A stretch of DNA of 64,000 nt from Candidatus Heimdallarchaeota archaeon (GCA_030603365.1 JAUVXV010000006.1:1-64000); one strand, 5' to 3'. Shown: positions 47,813 through 57,574, counted from the stretch's first letter. Translations and numbers: made by a program. The notes: generated from the letters alone by a model not told the origin.

Positions 47813-49257
47813 AGATTATATTTTTCTCCCAGCTTCTTTAAAATTACATCACCATGTAGAGAGCTGAAATCAGCTGGTTTCTCGGTATGAATAGGCATTA
47901 CACTCTTAGGATTAATTTTCCTAATCATCTCTTTAAGATCATATCCAGAAGCATGTCCAGAGCAGTGAAGTTGTTTGTAAGGGTATAATCCAAAGTATTT
48001 TAGCCAGTTGTCAACTTTCCTTTGGTCAAGTTCCATTTCTTCGTCAATAGGTTCTGTTACAGAACGAATGTAAATAGAATCTTTTGGAGGTTGTATATCA
48101 AAAAGATACTTCAATTCTGCAAAATCACACCTGAATATGTACTTATCGGGATTCTCATGAATCTCAGCAGCTGTAACACTATTAGGATGTTCAATGAACT
48201 CATTTTCCCAGGATTGGTAATCCTGCATTTGAATTTCTATTGGATAGTTAATATTGTTAAGAATCCCCCATCCTTTCTTTGGTATGAAAATCCCTACCTC
48301 ATCTACTCTTGGGATATTAGTAACTCCATTCTCTTCAAGTAATCTGAGAGTATAAGCCTGTCTTAAACTAATGATTAATGAGCGATCATTATGTTTTGCA
48401 GCTTCGATGAAAGATCGCATTCTGTCTAAGTCTCTGACTGGGAAGTTGACAATAACTAAACCAGTAACTGTTTCAATCAAAGGAAAGAGGTCTTGTTGTA
48501 AATCTAACTCTCCAAAGGTAGTTGGTTCATCAATATTGGTTCCCTCACTAATTATTAACACAGGATCGAATGATGCAGCTTTCTCAACGAAGGTATCACT
48601 GAGATCACCTTTTCGTCCATGAAATCTAATATCACCAGTATAAACTATTGAGCCTTCAGAAGTTTCAATAACAAAGGAATTTGAACCAGGAACGGAATGA
48701 TCTACTGGGAAGGGATGAATAGTAAATTCATCTAGTTTGAAAGATGGTTTAAAAAGATTAATTTCACGAGGGATAGTAGAAGTTCTATCCTTAACCATCT
48801 TTGTAGCATCTCGTTTACTCTCACGAAATTTGAAAGCTTCTTTTATTCTAGTATATTCATGAAATCCCCAAGAGGTCTGTTCGAAGGATTGTAAAATTCC
48901 TTTGCATCCTGGAGAACAATAAATAGGTATTTCTGGTCGAAGATAAGAAACAAACCCAGCATGATCTAAATGAGGATGTGATAATATAACTCCATCATAT
49001 TTAGCTTCTTTACTACTTTCTCTGAATCTTCCTTCGTAATCTTGACGGTAAAGTCCAGTTAAATCTGGTAGTAAGCCCAAATTCATGTAGTCCTTAATGA
49101 AACTCCAGCGTCTTGGTTGCAAATAAGGAGAAAAATAATCACCATATTTTCCAAAACTTAAACCAAAATCAAAGAAGAGTTTAGTTGAACCATCCTCTAT
49201 AAGAATCTTATTCCCACCAATTTCTCCTACTGCCCCATGCAAAGTTATGGATGTCAT
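47809..49257 (-). CDS. Metallo-beta-lactamase/beta-CASP nuclease (RNase J-like)
   Basis: GEIGGN, SHPHLDH, VDHSVPG, YTGDIRFHG, HCSGHA, PIHTE. Confidence 0.88.
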   Translation of the reverse strand: MTSITLHGAVGEIGGNKILIEDGSTKLFFDFGLSFGKYGDYFSPYLQPRRWSFIKDYMNLGLLPDLTGLYRQDYEGRFRESSKEAKYDGVILSHPHLDHAGFVSYLRPEIPIYCSPGCKGILQSFEQTSWGFHEYTRIKEAFKFRESKRDATKMVKDRTSTIPREINLFKPSFKLDEFTIHPFPVDHSVPGSNSFVIETSEGSIVYTGDIRFHGRKGDLSDTFVEKAASFDPVLIISEGTNIDEPTTFGELDLQQDLFPLIETVTGLVIVNFPVRDLDRMRSFIEAAKHNDRSLIISLRQAYTLRLLEENGVTNIPRVDEVGIFIPKKGWGILNNINYPIEIQMQDYQSWENEFIEHPNSVTAAEIHENPDKYIFRCDFAELKYLFDIQPPKDSIYIRSVTEPIDEEMELDQRKVDNWLKYFGLYPYKQLHCSGHASGYDLKEMIRKINPKSVMPIHTEKPADFSSLHGDVILKKLGEKYNL

Positions 49258-49341
49258 ATCGATTAACTATAGTCTTTTTCCGTTTTAAAATATGTGGACA
49301 GAAAATGACACCTTAAAAAAAGAAAAAAGGAGAATTCCAGA

Positions 49342-50331
49342 TTATTTTCTAGATACTATAATCTCCAGTACATCTTTATCAGCAAGAACATGATCTAAAC
49401 CTACTTTTTGACCCTCAAACTCGACAGATGTTCCCCAAACTCTACCATATCTAAAGTGTTTCAGAAAACTAGTATGAATTCTCTTTGTGACATCTGTGAC
49501 AGTTGATTCCTCTGGGAGCACGAAGGGTTTCGCTAAATCAGCTTTTCCTCCAGGTTTCTTGGTATATACTCTAATGACATCCAACTGTTCAAAGAGCTTC
49601 TCTTTCAGATTTTCTAAAGTATCTTCCGACTTGATAGTTATTGGATAAACATCCAAATCTGTCTTATTGAGAAGTTCTTGATAACGTTCTTTGGAATTAG
49701 GTAAGTCTCCTTTAGTAGCGATAATAGCAATTTTATAGGGAGTTTCGTTGTCTATTATCAGTTTAGCATCCTCTAATTGCTTCATTAAGAAATGATATTG
49801 TCTATCAATGTCCATTGAGAGATCAATAACCATCATAATAGCATCGCTAGTTCTGGTGACTCTTACAATTTGTTTACTAGTATTCCAATCTTCTTTGAAA
49901 TCCAAGAATCCAGGTAAATCAACTATTTGGATACGTAAATCCTCGTACTCACAAGTTCCAGCTAAGGCTTCTCGAGTTGTATGAAGATAAGCTCCTGTCT
50001 TAACATCTGTATTAGTGATAGCATTCATCAAAGTGCTTTTTCCCACATTGGAAAGACCAAATAGAGCAATTCTACCATCTCCTGAACTGGGAATGTGAAA
50101 TGGGTCATATTGACGGCCTTTTGCTTTGGGTTTCTCTTTGAGCTCTGCGATCATATTTTCAAGTTCTCTAAGTTGAATCTTGAAAACACCAAGTTTATCG
50201 AGCTTTTTCTCTTTGATATCTTCTATAATATCCTCTAATTCAGCGACTAATTCTTCTCCTTCAAGATTTCTTATTCTTCTTGCGATATTAAATCTATACC
50301 ACTTAAGTTTGGTATAACGATTAGTACTCAT
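49342..50331 (-). CDS. OBG/DRG-family GTP-binding protein with TGS domain
   Basis: GLSNVGKST, HTT, DLPG, TKGD, RVYTK-x-PG, IH-x-x-F...VWG...GQKVGLDHVL-x-D-x-D. SD GAGGTGA upstream. Confidence 0.9.
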   Translation of the reverse strand: MSTNRYTKLKWYRFNIARRIRNLEGEELVAELEDIIEDIKEKKLDKLGVFKIQLRELENMIAELKEKPKAKGRQYDPFHIPSSGDGRIALFGLSNVGKSTLMNAITNTDVKTGAYLHTTREALAGTCEYEDLRIQIVDLPGFLDFKEDWNTSKQIVRVTRTSDAIMMVIDLSMDIDRQYHFLMKQLEDAKLIIDNETPYKIAIIATKGDLPNSKERYQELLNKTDLDVYPITIKSEDTLENLKEKLFEQLDVIRVYTKKPGGKADLAKPFVLPEESTVTDVTKRIHTSFLKHFRYGRVWGTSVEFEGQKVGLDHVLADKDVLEIIVSRK

Positions 50332-50466
50332 TATATCACCTCATATATCTCGTGATTTTTTTTAATTGTTTCGTGAAATCTGCACATTATTAGCTCTGAA
50401 TTGTGAAGTAGAAGTAAATTCATCGTTGAGATGATTTAATACAGAAAATCAAAACTGGAAAAATCA

Positions 50467-50573
50467 GACAACAATGTAAACTACCCGCTACTAATTCAGA
50501 ACAATTTGAACTATTAGCGCGAGTTCCCCTCGCATGAAATTATATACAGAGCACAGGAGTTGACATTGTTATC
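50467..50573. repeat. Imperfect 16-bp inverted repeat enclosing nested hairpins
   Basis: GACAACAATGTAAACT (50467-82) vs reverse complement of AGTTGACATTGTTATC (50558-73), 14/16 match. Internal GCGAG-TTCCC-CTCGC. Confidence 0.6.
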
Positions 50574-50643
50574 ACATCTATTATTGTAGAAACAAATAAA
50601 AAACTTCTGAATTGAAATAATAAAAGAAAATGGGAAAAAAGAA

Positions 50644-50889
50644 CTATTGATCAACACAAATCATGGTCATAGTAGATCTTACTTTTTCAAGAACTCTGAG
50701 ATTCTCTGTAACTATCTTTTTCAAAGAATCAGTGTCTTCTGCTTCAATCTTAGCAATAAGATCATAAACACCATAAACTATGTGTACCTCAGACACATTA
50801 GGCATTTCCTTGAGTTGAGTCATAACACTACTTTCTTCGCCAATCTCGCAATTTATCAGAATGTAAGCTGATGCCATTCTTTTATTCAC
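50644..50889 (-). CDS. Lrp/AsnC ligand-binding-domain protein (stand-alone RAM domain; likely start ATG 50877)
   Basis: AYILINCEIG, EVHIVYGVYDLIAKIE, VRST-x-TMI. Confidence 0.9.
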   Translation of the reverse strand: MNKRMASAYILINCEIGEESSVMTQLKEMPNVSEVHIVYGVYDLIAKIEAEDTDSLKKIVTENLRVLEKVRSTMTMICVDQ

Positions 50890-51101
50890 CGAGCAGAAAA
50901 TAATAAAAGGTTTATAAAAACATTACGCATTCTATACTTTTAAAGACAAAAATAAGAGTAACAGTTCATTGTTAATGAACAGGGATGGGTAGAGAGATAA
51001 AAACGAGGAACAGAGAGAAGCAATTAAACTATCAATCAGAATTATTACAATAAAGGTCATGATAAACATAATACTAGAAAAAAATAGAGAGTGATAATGG
51101 T

Positions 51102-51278
51102 ATGAGTTCTTTTCGTGCTTATTATGAATCACCGATAGGTTTCATAGAGATCACAAGCGATGATACATTCGTAACTAGTTGTAATTTTGTTGAGGAGAAA
51201 GATTACGAAACTGAAATCCCAACAGTTTTAGCAGAAGCTTTAGCTCAAATTGATGAGTATTTCCAAAAAGAAAGAACG
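51102..51278 (+). pseudogene. ogt: Methylated-DNA-protein-cysteine methyltransferase, 5' part (interrupted by IS607-type element)
   Basis: YYESPIG...AQIDEYF-x-x-ERT; 59 codons that join in frame to 53995. Confidence 0.88.
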
Positions 51279-51326
51279 CACGTTATGAAACTTGGTTAAA
51301 CTTACTAGAAGGAGTCTAACCGTCGT

Positions 51327-53276
51327 TTAAATGGGTCCCCTCACGTGCGTTGAGGGGAAAAGATCGTTAGGGAGGAGAGTACCAGGAAGGGAAGCGATAT
51401 TAAAGGCAGCATTATCGTGAGTATTTACCTTCTGTCCACACTTCTTACAAGGAGAAAGATCATACTGCCCAGGACCACGAACTAAGAATCCTCCACAGCC
51501 ATGGTGAAGAGAACTGGTATACTGAGGGTTAACAACTTCCAACTGCACATCATACCCTAATTCTAAAGATGCTAACCAAACAGCTTTCTTGTAGATAAGC
51601 AAACTGTCAGGCATGGTGTAGATAGCTTTGGCTAGAGCACCTTTCGTTCCTGTAGCATCAGCTGTTAACTGCTCAATTTTAAGGGTCTGACACTTTTTCT
51701 TCACCAGTACTGCTGCAAGGAAGTGAGGGAGAAGAAGGGTAATCTCGCGAAGGATACGACTACGACGAGTATAAACACGGTTGAGCTCGCCTTGAAGCTT
51801 ACAACAACTATGACTGTCATACTCTTTTCTTTTGCGTAACAGTCCTCGATTGAGTTCAGGAAGAACTTTATTGGAAAGGTGAGTGTAGCGCGAAGCTAAC
51901 TTAAGTAAATCTAATGAAAGAGGGATAGAAGTGTTGAAAGCTAGCATATACTTCCCTAATCGATTAATGTCTACTCCCAACACCTTTTTCTTTCTCCCAG
52001 ATATCTGGGGGAGATAGTGATGAAGAAGTTTGAAGGAGTGGAAACAGTCATGCGTTCCTTCGAGGACGACATCTACGCGAGGTTTGAAACTAGGTGCTGA
52101 TCCACTACTTATTTGGAAAACTTTAATCACAGCTCCATTATGTAAATATTCTAGCACTTTTGGGGGAAAGAGTACTTGAGCAGTTGACAGTTTCTTACTT
52201 TGTTGTGGAAAACCAAGGATAGTGGTTCCTTGCTTCTTGATTTGCTTAGTTAGTTCACTTGCATTCCCTTGTCGGGTGATAACATAATCTTTTTTCATTA
52301 ACAATTTTATTGGTAATCTTCCTTTCTTTTTTCGTTTAAATGGTGGGGGAACAACTTGCTCCACTGGGAGAGTCTTGACTAACTGAGGGACACTCTGCAT
52401 ATAATGGTCAAAGAGTGTGAAAACAACTATCAGTCTTACAGCTGAAAAGAGTTTTCGGGTAGGCTTCCCTAAAACTTGAGCGAGTTGTTGGGAGAGATTC
52501 TTGAGGCTTTTCCACCGAGAAGGTTGAGGACTGTTAATCCAGGAAGTAAGGAAGGGAACAACAATCTTTTCTTCTTGTTTTATCAATTGAAGTTTATTTA
52601 GAAATGCTTGCTTGTTCTTTGTAAGTTGTGAGGGATTAGAGAATTCGTGAGTATAGTAAAACAGCGCATCATCAATTGCTTGGAGAATATCTTGTTGAGT
52701 ACAAGACGGGAGAATGTTGTTCAGCTGAATGGTTGCAGAAGAATAGATGGTGGTTTTCTTCTTCCTCCAGTAGGAATCAGCTTGAGTTCTGGAGTGAGTG
52801 AGAAGATTGATGACATACCTTCGTTTCAACTTCCAATAGTTTTCCAGACTTCGTTCAGTGTAGGGAGAACGACCAAAAATCACCCACTCTACAAGTTGTT
52901 GAGGATTTTTCAACAGAAAGTTGAGTAATCCTTGCACTTTCTGCTCTTTGTCAATCTTCCCTTTGACGGCTATGTAGAGCCAGTGGAAAGCACTTTCTAC
53001 TATATTCGGGTTCATCCCTACTACTTTACCTAGTTTGCGAGTGAAGAACCTTTCTTTTGGGTTGGTTCGGTAGAGGTCTACAGCCTTTTTTACAACTTGA
53101 GGAGTAAGAAGGGTGGTTTGTCTTTCCTCTAATTTTCTTATTCTTCGATTGATTTCTTCTCGCTGGGATTGGTCATCACATTTTAACACTACTTGATAAG
53201 TTCTCATCACCTTCGTTAAACTAGGTGGAGGATGAGCTTGTGTTTGTTGTGCCGTTTGTGTGCCCAAGTCTCTCAT
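51327..53276 (-). CDS. tnpB: Large (649 aa) TnpB-like RuvC protein of the IS607 element
   Basis: LGVDIN (RuvC-I), LKIEQL (RuvC-II), VNPQYTSS-x-HHGC...CKKCG zinc finger, NTHDNAAFNI (RuvC-III variant). Confidence 0.8.
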   Translation of the reverse strand: MRDLGTQTAQQTQAHPPPSLTKVMRTYQVVLKCDDQSQREEINRRIRKLEERQTTLLTPQVVKKAVDLYRTNPKERFFTRKLGKVVGMNPNIVESAFHWLYIAVKGKIDKEQKVQGLLNFLLKNPQQLVEWVIFGRSPYTERSLENYWKLKRRYVINLLTHSRTQADSYWRKKKTTIYSSATIQLNNILPSCTQQDILQAIDDALFYYTHEFSNPSQLTKNKQAFLNKLQLIKQEEKIVVPFLTSWINSPQPSRWKSLKNLSQQLAQVLGKPTRKLFSAVRLIVVFTLFDHYMQSVPQLVKTLPVEQVVPPPFKRKKKGRLPIKLLMKKDYVITRQGNASELTKQIKKQGTTILGFPQQSKKLSTAQVLFPPKVLEYLHNGAVIKVFQISSGSAPSFKPRVDVVLEGTHDCFHSFKLLHHYLPQISGRKKKVLGVDINRLGKYMLAFNTSIPLSLDLLKLASRYTHLSNKVLPELNRGLLRKRKEYDSHSCCKLQGELNRVYTRRSRILREITLLLPHFLAAVLVKKKCQTLKIEQLTADATGTKGALAKAIYTMPDSLLIYKKAVWLASLELGYDVQLEVVNPQYTSSLHHGCGGFLVRGPGQYDLSPCKKCGQKVNTHDNAAFNIASLPGTLLPNDLFPSTHVRGPI

Positions 53277-53314
53277 CCTCTAATCCTTAAAATGCTATAT
53301 AAGCCCGGTAAAAA

Positions 53315-53907
53315 TCAGTCAAGTGGTGGTGCTTTTCTTCTCCGTTGTCTATGTAGTCTTCCCGCAAACGAGGTGACTAGAGCGATCATATCTTCCACGA
53401 GTTTGGTTTCCTGTGATAGTTTGTGTTGTTGGTGAATGGAAAGGACTTGCGTGTCAAATATTTGGCAGTACTGTTTGATCACTTTCGTTCCAAACCTAGC
53501 TTCTCTGTCCTCATAGGTACATATGATTGCATATGGGTGAGTTGTTGCTACTTCTTTTAGTAGTTTATGTACTCCTTTTCTCTGTTCATTCATCCCTGAA
53601 GCTAAATCTGTAAACTCTTTTTTGAGTTTCCATCCTCGCTGTTCTACAAATCTCTTTATCTGTTCCTGTTGGTTGGTTAGTTCTTTTCGTTTTTTTGTTG
53701 CACTCACTCTTGCGTAACCTAGTACAACCTTGGTTAGTGTTTATCTTTCTCCCTTTCTCTGTTGAATTTAGCTAGTCTATATCTTCTATGTCCTCCCTTC
53801 ATTCTACACTCTGGTACCACTCTTTCTTCCTTCTCCCACCTTCGCAACGTACTTGGAGATACTCCTTGTATAGCTGCTGCTATCCCAATTCTAACTAACC
53901 TACTCCC
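53315..53907 (-). pseudogene. tnpA: IS607 TnpA serine recombinase, frameshifted, start codon apparently lost
   Basis: HTH frame RLVRIG...GVSPSTLRRWEKE...GGHRRY stops near 53735. Catalytic frame VLGYARVS...DLASGMNE-x-R...EDREARFG...LVEDM-x-x-LVTSFAGRLH is shifted. Confidence 0.82.
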
Positions 53908-53994
53908 CCTCCTCTATTTTTCTAAAAAAGGATTCTTCCTCCTAGATCAGCTTTTGGTAAGATTGGATAGTTTTTCTCTCTTCAGTCACTCACG

Positions 53995-54273
53995 GTGTTT
54001 GAACTTATTTTATCACCAGAAGGAACAGAGTTTCAGCAAAAAGTTTGGTTAGAACTTCTAAAGATTCCCTTTGGAGAAACCATTACCTACAAAGAACTTG
54101 CATCTAGAATTGGGCAAAAAGATGCAATCCGAGCAGTCGGTAATGCTAATAGCAAGAATCCTATCAGTATAATTATTCCCTGTCATAGAGTAATTGGGAG
54201 TGATGGTAAACTGGTAGGTTACGCTGGAGGACTAGAGAGGAAAAAATGGCTAATTGACTTTGAAAAAGAGTAG
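53995..54273 (+). pseudogene. ogt: Methylated-DNA-protein-cysteine methyltransferase, 3' part
   Basis: GTEFQQKVW, IPFGETITY, RAVGNAN, IPCHRV active site, GYAGG. Confidence 0.92.
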
Positions 54274-54280
54274 AGTGGAG

Positions 54281-55012
54281 TTATTTCTCGACGACCTCTT
54301 TCAGGTTCTTAGCAGATTTAATGTTATATTTTAAATCACTCAGATTAGGTATCATTCCTTCCCAACCCGATTCTTCAACATATTTCTTGAAGTGGTCATA
54401 AAGTTCCTTTGCTTCAAATCTAGCTATTTTTGTGGGAGTATCAAATCCAGCATTATGATATAAACGGGTTAGTTTAGTTTTTACATAACCAATTCGAGTA
54501 ATATCAGAAAGTTCTACAATTTCAAGGATAGCTTCTTCAGGGACATCTAATTGTTTTGAGAGTTCTTTTCTTTGTTTTATTGTCTTCCCTTTTTCTAGCA
54601 TTTGGTCAACGTTTTTAATTCCAATACTTGCTAGTTTCTTAACATGTTCAGAATCAATCCCAAGAAATTCTTTGAGAGGATAAATCCTTCTAGATTTCTT
54701 CGTTCTTTCTTCTCTTAACTGAGCTGCACATTTCAATAATTCACTACTTTCAATAAATTTGAAATAATTCATCAGAACATACAGAGGACCTTTAGCTGAA
54801 GATTTTGTAGTTCTTTCAATTTTTTCTACATATGATTCAATATCAACTGGACTTGCTACTAATAATTCCTTGTTCTTATCTTCTTTGAGATAATCAGCAA
54901 AGCGTTTTACTCCCGAAATATTCCTATCAATAACACCTGCTTTTTTTCCTTTTTTCTTGAGAAAATTCCTAAATTCTTCTTCTTTCAAATGTACCAACTT
55001 CCTGTTTAACAC
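54281..55012 (-). CDS. DUF4332-like HhH protein with N-terminal integrase-SAM-like helical domain
   Basis: KLASIGIKNVDQML...RKELSKQLDV, SDITRIGYV...LYHNAGFDT. N-terminus FRNFLKKKG...VKRFADYL. Confidence 0.65.
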   Translation of the reverse strand: MLNRKLVHLKEEEFRNFLKKKGKKAGVIDRNISGVKRFADYLKEDKNKELLVASPVDIESYVEKIERTTKSSAKGPLYVLMNYFKFIESSELLKCAAQLREERTKKSRRIYPLKEFLGIDSEHVKKLASIGIKNVDQMLEKGKTIKQRKELSKQLDVPEEAILEIVELSDITRIGYVKTKLTRLYHNAGFDTPTKIARFEAKELYDHFKKYVEESGWEGMIPNLSDLKYNIKSAKNLKEVVEK

Positions 55013-55136
55013 ATGAATTAGTAGTTTAGTTATCTATTGCTTATAGTCCACATTTACATATTTAAGTCTGAAATATTGGTGTTATTTTGGAATATTTGCA
55101 GAAAAGTCATAAATATTCGTAAAATTGGAATAAGAT

Positions 55137-56312
55137 ATGAGTGAATTCTCGATTGATTGTATTAATCAATTTATTATTGAGAAACAACATCTTACGAAAG
55201 AAACTAAGACAGATAATATTCAAACCATTGTCAAGAATATTGGGGGTCTACATAGCACTAGCCAAACAGCCCCATATCTATCATTATTTAGTCGTATGAA
55301 TAATTTCACTAGGAGCCAACTAGATCAAGAAGCATATGAGAAAAGAAACTTGGGTAAAATACGTTGTATAAGAAAAACTGTCTTCATTCATCATAAAGAG
55401 TTCTTACCTTGGATTATTAATGCAACAAGGAAACAACATGCTAAACGTCATGTAGATTATCTAGCGAATCTTGGAGTATCTGAAGCGAAGTATCAAGAGA
55501 TTGTAAACGATATACTCTTGGTTTTACAGGGGAGAAACTTGTCTGTTGCTGAATTAAAGAAGGAGCTCAGTAGTAAGGACAATATTTCTGCAATGGTAAA
55601 TCTTGCTTGTGATAATTTTCAACTCATAAGAAATTGTCCAGTTAAAAGCTGGAGAGATAAAAGACATACTTATTCAGCTTTTAAGGAGTATTTCCCAAAT
55701 ATGAATTTGGATGAAATTACAGAAGAAGAAAGCAGAATGAAATTAGTCAGTTATTACCTAGAGTGTTTTGGACCGGTTACAGAGACTGATATTGTATGGT
55801 GGACTGGATTTAACAAGACAGAAACAAGAAGTTCTTTAGAAGAATTAGCAGAAAACATAACTAAAATACCAATTGAATCACTTTCTAAAGATTTTCTATT
55901 ACTAAATTCAGATGTGCTTAAATTGGAAAAAGTTTCTCAAAATTCAGAAGTAACTGTAAATATTTTACCCGATTTGGATCCTTATATGATGGGGTATAAA
56001 GAGAGAGAAAGGTACGTAGAAAAGAGTTTTTACGACCACATATTTGATCGTTCTGGAAATGCAACCACAACAATATTAGTCAATGGAAAAGTTGTAGGAA
56101 TTTGGGATTTTGTTGGAAGTAAAGAGCCTCTTATCAAATTCTTCCTTCTAGAAAAAACAGAAAAAGAACCTTACACAGCTATTAAAAATGAGTTGAATGA
56201 AATAGGTAAATTCATTTTTGCTGAAAAAGTTCCTCTTAAAGAATGTAAAACTATGAACCCACTAAAAACTAGAACACCAGGAGAAGTTCAAACACCACTC
56301 AAATATTGTTAA
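55137..56312 (+). CDS. AlkZ/YcaQ-like (HTH_42) winged-helix DNA glycosylase
   Basis: GGLHST-x3-APYLSLFSR, IRKTVF, YL-x-x-FGPVT-x-x-DI-x-WWTG, LP-x-LDPYMMGY, ILVNGKVVGIW. Confidence 0.85.
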   Translation: MSEFSIDCINQFIIEKQHLTKETKTDNIQTIVKNIGGLHSTSQTAPYLSLFSRMNNFTRSQLDQEAYEKRNLGKIRCIRKTVFIHHKEFLPWIINATRKQHAKRHVDYLANLGVSEAKYQEIVNDILLVLQGRNLSVAELKKELSSKDNISAMVNLACDNFQLIRNCPVKSWRDKRHTYSAFKEYFPNMNLDEITEEESRMKLVSYYLECFGPVTETDIVWWTGFNKTETRSSLEELAENITKIPIESLSKDFLLLNSDVLKLEKVSQNSEVTVNILPDLDPYMMGYKERERYVEKSFYDHIFDRSGNATTTILVNGKVVGIWDFVGSKEPLIKFFLLEKTEKEPYTAIKNELNEIGKFIFAEKVPLKECKTMNPLKTRTPGEVQTPLKYC

Positions 56313-56480
56313 AATATATAAAAAAAAATCAAAATAAAAAGAAAAGAAAGAAAGGAAGTAAATCTAAGTAGATACGTCCAAACTAATTTTACATAATTCT
56401 CCAGGTTTAAGATTGATGTTTGGTAAGGAAGGAGATTCACCTTTGACATAAGTGAGGGCACCCGCAATAATTGTTTTTGA

Positions 56481-56570
56481 GGGATTATATTTACATCAGA
56501 TATTCATGGTTCATTGTTGGTTACAATTGGATTAATGATATTTACTTTCAGACGTAGAAGGACGAAATGA
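56481..56570 (+). pseudogene. Orphan remnant of a C-terminal TM + basic-tail anchor
   Basis: GIIFTSDIHGSLLVTIGLMIFTFRRRRTK* with no upstream start; same tail type as the following genes. Confidence 0.4.
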
Positions 56571-56632
56571 ACTTCTTCAACTATTGCTTTTTTATTTGAA
56601 TAAGTATAAATAATGAGCTCACAATATTCTAG

Positions 56633-57574
56633 ATGATACACATGAAGAAGGGAAAAAAGTATCAAAGTCTTATTTTATGCGGAGTATTAGTACTCTTGTT
56701 GTTTGGAACATTTTTTGCTAATTCCGAGACAACTCAAGAAGAGCAATGTTGGGGACCTTTACGAGAAACCTATACTTACGTACATGATGAAGATTATTAT
56801 AACTATGAAAATGCAGAACCCTTGACTGAAACCTATGAAGAGATAACGATTTGGGATGTAGAAAGTGATGGGAATGATATTTCATTTAGAACCGACTTAT
56901 GGATTATCTTCTTAGGCATGGTTCATTGTGAAAGTGAAGAAGACTATGATGAATATCGAGAAGCGTGGGAATTTGATAACGTAACAGATAGTTTCAGAGT
57001 CACCTATAGATATGACAGTGAATCTCAATTGCTAGGTTTTGTAAATCCTGTTTATCCAGATACAATGTTATCGGGGGATGAAGAAGTACCAATCAATCCA
57101 GTACTTTTGGTTAATCATATGTTCCTATTCTATCGTGGATTAGCAGGTTTATTTTTACCTATCTTGCACACTAATTTTTCGTTTGAAACAGATTTTCATA
57201 TCTATGAACAAGCCTATTCAGATTTTGAGATCAATTTTAAAGACACCTTTATGTTTCAAGGGAAGAAATTTCAAGGATATTACTACGAAATATCGTATAC
57301 TGTGGAATATAAGATATACCCGGGACTTTACGCTAGAGATGAAATAGAAAGGAGTTTTTCGTACAACAGTCATGGGGAACTATACAATTTCTACAATCAT
57401 TTAAGTTATTCCAATAACGAATCAGGACAATTTGAATTGAAGAGAGAAGGTTTCTTTAATTATTATATTGACTCCTATGATGGAAGCCTAGTTGTGACAC
57501 ATTCTTGGGCAATTGGTTTAAGTGGAATACTAATTGTCTCAGTATTTATTCTATATAGGAGAAGGAAAGAATAA
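56633..57574 (+). CDS. Secreted acidic surface protein with C-terminal TM anchor
   Basis: Signal peptide; ends TM + YRRRKE. Confidence 0.75.
   Translation: MIHMKKGKKYQSLILCGVLVLLLFGTFFANSETTQEEQCWGPLRETYTYVHDEDYYNYENAEPLTETYEEITIWDVESDGNDISFRTDLWIIFLGMVHCESEEDYDEYREAWEFDNVTDSFRVTYRYDSESQLLGFVNPVYPDTMLSGDEEVPINPVLLVNHMFLFYRGLAGLFLPILHTNFSFETDFHIYEQAYSDFEINFKDTFMFQGKKFQGYYYEISYTVEYKIYPGLYARDEIERSFSYNSHGELYNFYNHLSYSNNESGQFELKREGFFNYYIDSYDGSLVVTHSWAIGLSGILIVSVFILYRRRKE

Larger units (their letters stand above)
51279..53994 (-). mobile_element. IS607-family element (serine-recombinase tnpA + large tnpB), 2716 bp
   Basis: Boundaries fixed by restoring the ogt frame. ACG at both junctions (51276-78, 53992-94). 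No TIR or long TSD, as expected for IS607. Confidence 0.88.

Noticed and set aside
50932-51132. 66-aa hydrophobic minus-strand ORF
   Set aside because: Reverse of a purine-rich intergenic tract, overlaps the ogt start, and has no recognisable motif.
51279-51299. C-terminal HVMKLG* of ORF 51102..51299 and ORF 53762..54052
   Set aside because: Read-through into or out of the IS607 ends; not real protein sequence.
51279-53994. IStron (self-splicing intron-IS hybrid) rescuing ogt
   Set aside because: The element is antisense to ogt and has under 90 nt of non-coding sequence at each end, too little for a group I intron core.
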